Origin: Thermodesulfovibrionales bacterium
GTDB lineage: Bacteria > Nitrospirota > Thermodesulfovibrionia > Thermodesulfovibrionales > SM23-35
Length of the DNA: 64,000 bases
NCBI GenBank assembly: GCA_963715195.1
Contig: CAVQRT010000007.1
Location: 288,001 to 352,000 of the forward strand
Direction of reading: 5' to 3'
The notes under the pieces were generated by a model. That model had not been told where the DNA came from. It saw nothing but the letters and a program-made list of their open reading frames with translations, and searched no databases. Every line of letters starts with the position of its first letter. Within the stretch, counting starts at the first letter, position 1. The translations under genes and the position numbers were made by a program. Positions 57,815 through 64,000 of this stretch are shown in pieces.

Positions 57815-59083
57815 ATGTATATGAACCATTTGATAATATTTATAGTCCTGCTATCATTGTCACTTATTATTGTATCAATCATGAGACAATACTACGTGAC
57901 ACGCATTAAGGACATGGAACGGAGTAATATTGAGTTTGATAGAAAGTATCAGGGGGAGATACTGAGCAGGGACGATCAAATCCGAAAATATGAAAGGAAA
58001 ACAGAAATCCTTAATAGTGTTGTTGCCCGTTATGGGTCGTTCATGTTGAAAATTCCTTCTATAGTTCAAAGGCTTAATACCACAGCTGATTTTAAAGAAG
58101 TTACCACAACAATTACGCAGTTAGTCAGTGACATTGTGCCAACAAAAAAAGTTGATCTTTACTATCTCGATACAACAGATAATCTTCTGAAAAAGGTTTC
58201 TTCATCAAAGCATGGCAATAATAAGGAGGTTGCCTATGCTTTAGGAGAAGGACTCATCGGAAAAGCTGCACGGGAACGGATGGTATGGCGTAAGGAACAG
58301 TTAGAGACTATTTATGCTCAGACAAAAAACGACCACCAAACTGATGAAGATCTGTGGATGGCTGTTCCAATTTGTTTCAGAGAAAGAGTGCTTGGAGTGA
58401 TTGGTATCGGTCACGTTGCTTTTCCTGTTGGAAACGAGAGTGACAGCATGAGGATGATAGCAAATTTAGCAGGTGTGGCATTGATAAACCAGGCGATGCT
58501 GGGTGAGGCAAAAGACAAGGCAAATACCGATTCTCTCACAGGGCTTAATAACCGTCATTATCTACAGCATATGGCGCAGACTTTTGTTGAGAAGGCTCTC
58601 AGAGAGAATACACCAATCTCCATTTTTCTTTTTGATATCGATAATTTCAAACATTACAACGACACGAATGGACATGATGCAGGAGATAAGCTGCTGGTAG
58701 AGCTTAGTGATCTTGCCCGCAGTGTTACCAGGAAAAATTCTGTTATTATTCGATATGGGGGTGAAGAGTTTCTCGTTGTGCTACCCGCGATATCGAAAGA
58801 GGAAGCATCTGTCTATGCTGAGAGATTTAGAGAAAAGGTTTCATCTCATCCTTTTCCCCACAGGGAAAATCAACCACTTGGATGCTTGTCAATAAGCGGA
58901 GGAATTGCAAGTTTTCCTGCTGACGGTGAGACGATATTCAAGGTAATTCAGCATGCGGATAGGGCTTTGTATCAGGCCAAGTCTGACGGCAAAAACCGCA
59001 TTTTACAGTATACTCAAGAGTGTTTTTCTGATGTTGATACTGAGCAAGATGTTTTACACGTACCTCATTTAACATTGACATAA
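57815..59083 (+). CDS. Membrane-anchored GAF-GGDEF diguanylate cyclase
   Basis: N-terminal TM, GEGLIG...VPI GAF, DSLTGLNN, DIDNFKHYND, RYGGEEF, ADRALYQAK. Confidence 0.94.
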   Translation: MYMNHLIIFIVLLSLSLIIVSIMRQYYVTRIKDMERSNIEFDRKYQGEILSRDDQIRKYERKTEILNSVVARYGSFMLKIPSIVQRLNTTADFKEVTTTITQLVSDIVPTKKVDLYYLDTTDNLLKKVSSSKHGNNKEVAYALGEGLIGKAARERMVWRKEQLETIYAQTKNDHQTDEDLWMAVPICFRERVLGVIGIGHVAFPVGNESDSMRMIANLAGVALINQAMLGEAKDKANTDSLTGLNNRHYLQHMAQTFVEKALRENTPISIFLFDIDNFKHYNDTNGHDAGDKLLVELSDLARSVTRKNSVIIRYGGEEFLVVLPAISKEEASVYAERFREKVSSHPFPHRENQPLGCLSISGGIASFPADGETIFKVIQHADRALYQAKSDGKNRILQYTQECFSDVDTEQDVLHVPHLTLT

Positions 59084-59135
59084 TCGTTTACAATCGGTTC
59101 GCCTATTTCCTGCATCTCTTCCTCGGATGTCCAGG

Positions 59136-59221
59136 GCCTAACGCCCTGCTCAACGAGGAAGCAACGAATAATAATAAAAATAGTGTTTACGAACAACAAG
59201 TGTTGAGATAGAGCGTTATCT
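59136..59221 (-). mobile_element. attC-like integron cassette recombination site
   Basis: Minus strand: AGATAAC (contains the gene stop) GC-tctat-CTCAAC ... GTTGAG-cagg-GC GTTAGGC; 86 bp. Confidence 0.6.
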
Positions 59222-59488
59222 ATCAGAAGACACCTTTACCATCTCTATAGGTTGCTCCTTGCCACAGTGTTTGCAAATATGTGCATTTTCTTTAATGATC
59301 TCTGCACAGTAAGGACATTCCTTGGTATATCCTTTAGATACCAGAGGTGGGAGCACAATAATAACAGCAATAAGTAACGGAACGATTGCACATAGGATAA
59401 ACCACAATATCGGGCTGCGCCCTTTTCTTATAGCTATAATACTACCTACAATTCCTGCAATAATAATCAGAATAAAATATCGAAACAA
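59216..59488 (-). CDS. Small membrane protein with C-terminal double zinc ribbon
   Basis: Two TM with KGRS..LWF; CPYCAEIIKENAHICKHCG. Confidence 0.85.
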   Translation of the reverse strand: MFRYFILIIIAGIVGSIIAIRKGRSPILWFILCAIVPLLIAVIIVLPPLVSKGYTKECPYCAEIIKENAHICKHCGKEQPIEMVKVSSDR

Positions 59489-59519
59489 TGGGATTCCTCA
59501 CATTTTTATGATTATTCTT

Positions 59520-60389
59520 TTATCTTTTCTGTATATCACCTACACCAATAAATGGTACTGCCCCACCACCTGTGACCTGCGGGAGGATTCCGTTCCATTT
59601 CTCTATCGCCTTGAGATTGGCCTCTATCTTTCTGAGCTCTATAAGGTCCCGTGAAATATTTGCTTTCTGCAGCCTCAATGACTCTGCCTCTGCCTTTGCT
59701 GCCGTAATCTTCTGCTCTGCTTCAATCTTTATCCTTTCAAGGTCTCGCTTTGACTTTAGCGCAAGCTGCTCTGCCGTTTGCTTTGCCTCAATAGCCTCTG
59801 TAAATACTTTGGAGAAACTGAATGAGACAATAGAAAATGTGTCAACTGCAATGTTATACGCCAGGAGTCTTTCAGCAAGCGCTGCTCTCATTGCCTCGCT
59901 TACTGCTGGCCTCTTTGTTATAAGTTCTTCTGCTGTATACTGGGCTGTTACTGCTTTCATTACTTCCTGTATTGCAGGGTCTATAATGCGCTCCTTGAAT
60001 TGTACACCGATGGTTTGGTAGACAACATTTGCTTTATCAGGTATTACATGATAGTTGAGCGCAACCGATGAGGTCACATCCTGAAGATCGGATGAAGCAG
60101 CTGCGGCATCAGTCACTGCCTTCTGCACCTTGACATCCACTATGGCAACCGTCTGTTTTATAGGCATCCTGAAATGCAGTCCTTCATTCATCACGGTATC
60201 TTGAACAGCGCCAAAATTGAGGAGAACCCCTCTTTCACCTGCACCTATCTGAACCCATGGTCTAAAAAACAGGAAAACCAGCAGAATTCCACCAATAATT
60301 ACTACTAACCTCAAAGGTAGTTTCTTCATAGCAGACTGCATTGCTACCTTTGTTGCCTCTTTTGCCCTGTAAACATCTTGCTCATCCAT
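59520..60389 (-). CDS. Prohibitin/SPFH family protein
   Basis: GERGVLLNFG, EGLHF, SSDLQDV, YTAEELITKR, AIEAKQTAEQ. Confidence 0.94.
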   Translation of the reverse strand: MDEQDVYRAKEATKVAMQSAMKKLPLRLVVIIGGILLVFLFFRPWVQIGAGERGVLLNFGAVQDTVMNEGLHFRMPIKQTVAIVDVKVQKAVTDAAAASSDLQDVTSSVALNYHVIPDKANVVYQTIGVQFKERIIDPAIQEVMKAVTAQYTAEELITKRPAVSEAMRAALAERLLAYNIAVDTFSIVSFSFSKVFTEAIEAKQTAEQLALKSKRDLERIKIEAEQKITAAKAEAESLRLQKANISRDLIELRKIEANLKAIEKWNGILPQVTGGGAVPFIGVGDIQKR

Positions 60390-60501
60390 TATGCTGCCTC
60401 CTTTGTAATTATTTAAAACTGTTCACTATTATAAAGATGTGGAAGGAGGTGAGACATCAAAATCCCAATACTTTGGTGAGTAATGGTTAATAATTTTCGA
60501 T

Positions 60502-61041
60502 TTATACATAGGCTTCTTCGACAATTGTAGTTGAAATACTTGTTGTTTTAGGAACGTAACGAAAAGTTATTTTTAACCCATGACCATCATCACAGGAACA
60601 AGTATCATTTGAAAGATCATAGTGCACATTCTCCATCCCAAAGATTTCATTCATGAAAGGGCGCAGTTTGAGTGAATTGAACTTAACAGCTTTTGATTTT
60701 GCAAACCATCCCTGAAAAAATATCTGAGCAGAAAAATCTACGAGTCTTCCTTCATGAAAGATAACGTCGAGGATGCCCCACATTTTATCTGATTCTTTGA
60801 ATTGAAATACCTGTTTGTCAGAACCCTCCGGCAAGATTGGAGCTATAACTATAGATTTACTTTGAGAGGTATCCGTTATATCAGTCAAACAATCACTGCC
60901 AAATCTGTCAATAATATCTAATCGGGAATGAAGCACCCTAAAATCAGCAAGAAATTCAGAAATGAGGGTCAAATATGGAATTTTACAAAATGGCTCGTAT
61001 TGCCGCATTGAATTTCCTCTTACGTATCTTCTGTTATTCAA
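60502..61041 (-). CDS. Hypothetical protein
   Basis: 179-aa AT-rich ORF filling the gap between co-oriented genes; no motif recognised; start uncertain. Confidence 0.55.
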   Translation of the reverse strand: MNNRRYVRGNSMRQYEPFCKIPYLTLISEFLADFRVLHSRLDIIDRFGSDCLTDITDTSQSKSIVIAPILPEGSDKQVFQFKESDKMWGILDVIFHEGRLVDFSAQIFFQGWFAKSKAVKFNSLKLRPFMNEIFGMENVHYDLSNDTCSCDDGHGLKITFRYVPKTTSISTTIVEEAYV

Positions 61042-61076
61042 CTTTCAATTTTTCTTATATCAAAGAGTTTTAGCTA

Positions 61077-61550
61077 TTAGTTATAGTTAAGAGTACGTCG
61101 TATATAACCAGAATAATCCTTCATTATCGGTTCATACGTCGTGTTTAATAAAGACGATGATATCATAAAATCGGCTGTTGAACGATTACATGCAGTTGGT
61201 ATATTGTATAAAACTGCAATTCTCAGCAGGGCCTTTACATCAACATCATGCGGTTGCGGCTCCATTGGATCCCAAAGGAAGATTACTAAATCAATGTCTC
61301 CCTCTGCTATCATCGCACCTAATTGTTGGTCCCCTCCCAGAGGCCCCGATTTTAATAAAGTTATTTCATATCGGACAGTATCTTCATTTTTCAGCTTAGC
61401 TTTGATAGTCTGTTCAATTAATTTCCCAGTAGTTCCCGTACATATTAATTTATGGACTATTAACAACTTATAGTTCCATTCAACCCATTCAACTAAATCT
61501 TTTTTACGATTATCATGGGCTACTAACGCAATTCGTTTATTTTTTTCCAT
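61077..61550 (-). CDS. mgsA: Methylglyoxal synthase
   Basis: IALVAHD, TGTTG, SGPLGGDQQLG, PHDVDVKALLR. Confidence 0.96.
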   Translation of the reverse strand: MEKNKRIALVAHDNRKKDLVEWVEWNYKLLIVHKLICTGTTGKLIEQTIKAKLKNEDTVRYEITLLKSGPLGGDQQLGAMIAEGDIDLVIFLWDPMEPQPHDVDVKALLRIAVLYNIPTACNRSTADFMISSSLLNTTYEPIMKDYSGYIRRTLNYN

Positions 61551-61599
61551 TGCTACCTTTCTCCAATATCAAAAAAGAATCGGGTTCTGATCGATTCAA

Positions 61600-61830
61600 T
61601 TAATCCAATATCTCAAGGACACAACGCTTTTTAAGCTTAGCACCGACAGCACCCAGTATTGTCCTCATTGCCCGTGCTGTATTCCCCTGCTTTCCGATAA
61701 CTTTCCCAATGTCACTCTTAGCAACACGCAATTCAAAAATAGCAGCTATTTCTCCGCCTACTTCGGCCACCATAACTTCCTCCGGTTTATCCACCAACGT
61801 TTTCGCCATGAGCTCAATAAGTGCCTTCAT
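61600..61830 (-). CDS. khpA: KH-domain RNA-binding protein (KhpA/YlqC family)
   Basis: LVDKPEEV, DIGKVIGKQGNTARAMRTIL; SD GGAGGAGG before ATG 61830. Confidence 0.92.
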   Translation of the reverse strand: MKALIELMAKTLVDKPEEVMVAEVGGEIAAIFELRVAKSDIGKVIGKQGNTARAMRTILGAVGAKLKKRCVLEILD

Positions 61831-61923
61831 ATCCTCCTCCATAAGCCTTCGGGTTGTTTTTCAGACCCGGGGAAATTTTAAGTTTCTTTTCAATAATCAT
61901 ATCGACCTTTATCGCCAAGAGAT

Positions 61924-62235
61924 CTATCTCCAACCTCTCCCTGCGCCACCACCGTAACCACTGCCTCTCTTATTAAAACCTTGTCGCTTCTGTTGAGGCC
62001 TTGCCTCAGCAACAGTAAGTGATTTTCCTTTGAATTCTTTTCCATTAAGGGTTGCAATCGCCTTTTTTGCATCTTCTTCATTGACCATCTCAATAAAACC
62101 AAATCCTTTAGACCGTTCAGTGAATTGATCCTTCATTATTTTTAGAGATTCAATCTCACCATATTCAGCAAACAGTTCCCTTAAATTTTCTTCAGTTGCG
62201 TTATACGGTATATTTCCAATATACATTTTTCTCAT
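61924..62235 (-). CDS. RRM (RNP-1) RNA-binding protein with Gly-rich tail
   Basis: MYIGNIPY, SKGFGFIEM, LTVAEARP. Confidence 0.95.
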   Translation of the reverse strand: MRKMYIGNIPYNATEENLRELFAEYGEIESLKIMKDQFTERSKGFGFIEMVNEEDAKKAIATLNGKEFKGKSLTVAEARPQQKRQGFNKRGSGYGGGAGRGWR

Positions 62236-62330
62236 TTTTTATCTCCTTTTTTGTTTATCAAACCTTGCCCTCTCCAATTATCTCGAAAACTTTTCAATGC
62301 TTCCTTATAAAGATCAGCCTCCTTTATCAT

Positions 62331-62573
62331 TCACTCATTTTTTATCTTTGTTTCTGGTTCAACACCACCGCAATATCTTTTTAAAAAGTCCTCCTTGCTC
62401 ATCTTGTGCCCCAAACATAAACCAGAAACATCGGTTCTATCACACCCTACTGTCTGATACTGTCCATTTAATCTCATTACTTCAGAATGAAACATCATGC
62501 TATTACGTCCGTCACCATATATATATCGAACATGAGGCAAAATAATAGATTTGCCCATGCGATACATGTTCAT
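62331..62573 (-). CDS. Possible small hypothetical protein
   Basis: 80-aa ORF from ATG 62573, co-oriented within the csp-RRM cluster; no motif recognised. Confidence 0.4.
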   Translation of the reverse strand: MNMYRMGKSIILPHVRYIYGDGRNSMMFHSEVMRLNGQYQTVGCDRTDVSGLCLGHKMSKEDFLKRYCGGVEPETKIKNE

Positions 62574-62690
62574 AGTCTCTCTACTCGTGTAGGTGCATTT
62601 ACTTATATAAAGCGACAAGAGAATCCTTTTTCAGGAATGGAAGCAAAATATGATGTATCCTAATTGGGGAAACCACTGAATAGACAGCGG

Positions 62691-63059
62691 TTACGTGTAT
62701 TGTATCGCAACTTCATAGACGATATCCGAGTGGTTCGTGGAGGAATCTGTGCCTGCGCAGCTCAATGAACCTTTTGCCTCCACTCTGCGGTTTCTAATCA
62801 TGGTAGTTATTACCTGGGTTAGATCAAATCCACCATCAACACAGTCCCGTCTCAAGCAATTTACTACAAAAAAAGCATAACTGTCAGGAGTGAAATGAAA
62901 GGTCCGCAGTATTGATTTTGCCCCGTTCTGTTTATAGGTCATATTCATAACGATGCTTGCAACTTCAGGGAAGCGAGTCATTACAGAACCTGCTTCATGT
63001 TTCTGCTGCATGATTTCCTGCCTCTTCTCCATCATTGCTGTATGCCTACTGTTATTCAT
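62691..63059 (-). CDS. Hypothetical protein (Cys motif C...DCVDGGFDL)
   Basis: SD GAGG; immediately downstream of csp. Confidence 0.75.
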   Translation of the reverse strand: MNNSRHTAMMEKRQEIMQQKHEAGSVMTRFPEVASIVMNMTYKQNGAKSILRTFHFTPDSYAFFVVNCLRRDCVDGGFDLTQVITTMIRNRRVEAKGSLSCAGTDSSTNHSDIVYEVAIQYT

Positions 63060-63084
63060 ATTCCTCTCATTCCTCCCAACGGAG

Positions 63085-63111
63085 AAGGCTCCCTCCGGCC
63101 GAGGGAGCCTT
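63085..63111 (-). other. 11-bp stem-loop after csp
   Basis: AAGGCTCCCTC-5 nt-GAGGGAGCCTT; no U tract, so probably a 3' stabiliser. Confidence 0.65.
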
Positions 63112-63121
63112 GCCCAATTCC

Positions 63122-63322
63122 TTAGAGTTTAACTACATTAATCGCCTTGGGACCTTTCGGGCCTTCTTCGGTATCAAAGCTAACGATGTCACCTTCGGTG
63201 AGGCTCTTAAAGCCATTACCCTGGATAGACGTATGGTGTACAAAAACATCATTGCTGTCTTCACTGGCGATGAAGCCAAACCCTTTGCTGTCATTGAACC
63301 ACTTCACAGTTCCTTGTTTCAT
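63122..63322 (-). CDS. csp: Cold-shock protein (CspA family)
   Basis: [26 protein letters not shown]. Confidence 0.98.
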   Translation of the reverse strand: MKQGTVKWFNDSKGFGFIASEDSNDVFVHHTSIQGNGFKSLTEGDIVSFDTEEGPKGPKAINVVKL

Positions 63323-63369
63323 GCTATTTACCTCCTTATCCTTAAATTAAAATCTCAGAAGGACTCAAT

Positions 63370-63403
63370 AAAAAAGGCCACAAAGCTAAAAGTCTTTGTG
63401 GCC
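63370..63403 (-). terminator. Terminator-like hairpin in csp 5' leader
   Basis: GGCCACAAAG-8 nt-CTTTGTGGCC followed by T6 on minus strand, between promoter and start. Confidence 0.75.
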
Positions 63404-63439
63404 CTCTGTGAACGCAAAAACTTCTAAAATCTTATCTAT

Positions 63440-63468
63440 ACAGTAGCACTTCCCAGCAGGTTAGTCAA
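63440..63468 (-). promoter_or_regulatory. Sigma70 promoter of csp
   Basis: TTGACT-17 nt-TACTGT with TG extension. Confidence 0.7.
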
Positions 63469-63574
63469 GGTAATTCAGGAATGACAGGGTATCGGGGGAA
63501 GCAGGTCATGTTTTCTTCGGAAACGCTCTTGAGAGATTATTCTGCCGCCGTTGTCTGTGCCGGAACTGAGACCC

Positions 63575-63925
63575 CTAATACATCGACCGTATTCTTCCGG
63601 TCCTTTTGTCAATCAGGATCAAATCAATAAGAACCCCCTTGTGGTTCATAATTTCGGCGATATAAAAATGCGCCTTCTCCCGCATCCTGACGATCCTGAT
63701 GCCCCCGTCCTGAAGAAGAAGTTGTTCGATAATCTCTCTCGCCTCAACCGGTGTCCTAACCTCCCTTCGGGCTCCGTACCATCCCCACTTATAACTGCGC
63801 CAGTAGTTTCCATAAACAGGCTGACATTCGACCGGTTCTTTCTTCGTCTGTTGCGCTGAGGAAATATCAACAGCCGGAAGAAAAACAAGAATTATTATGA
63901 ACAATGCGATATTCGCTTTTACCAT
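63575..63925 (-). CDS. Exported hypothetical protein (PepSY-like)
   Basis: Signal peptide; EAREIIE, YIAEI, ILIDKRTGRIRS. Confidence 0.75.
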   Translation of the reverse strand: MVKANIALFIIILVFLPAVDISSAQQTKKEPVECQPVYGNYWRSYKWGWYGARREVRTPVEAREIIEQLLLQDGGIRIVRMREKAHFYIAEIMNHKGVLIDLILIDKRTGRIRSMY

Positions 63926-64000
63926 TCCTACGTATTAACCTAAAACTTGCTTTTGAAAAGCACAGCCTGCCAGAACCGAACTTACTATCAATCCTTTCCT

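Overview
Bacterial chromosomal window. Gene content suggests an anaerobe, possibly Nitrospirota/Thermodesulfovibrionia- or Desulfobacterota-like (inference only). Positions 1-38.9 kb are mostly core or metabolic genes: rimP-nusA-recG-pilD-PAS kinase; a CIRCE-controlled triple hsp20 operon; surA-purN and pssA-leuA; a NuoE/NuoF/selenocysteine-FdhA formate dehydrogenase followed by a cNMP protein, fhs and a deacetylase; nfeD-stomatin; a six-gene acyl-chain biosynthesis cluster (PilZ-fused PhcB-like methyltransferase, catalytically dead KS, FabZ, active KS, ACP, CrtI-like flavoprotein); cls, pepA, nifU-nifS, an octaheme HAO-like cytochrome and tRNA-Leu(TAA). Downstream of the tRNA lies a patchwork accessory region with several attC-like inverted repeats, broken or chimeric genes, vapBC, a P-type ATPase, a B12 radical SAM enzyme, an ftsH paralog, a hidden UxxC selenoprotein, a diguanylate cyclase and a csp/RRM/KH cluster. 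The ORF track misses two Sec read-throughs, an ATA-started purN, three frameshifted genes and a P-II remnant. The best candidate for an undescribed system is the 24.5-30.5 kb cluster. All calls come from motif recognition by eye; no searches were run.
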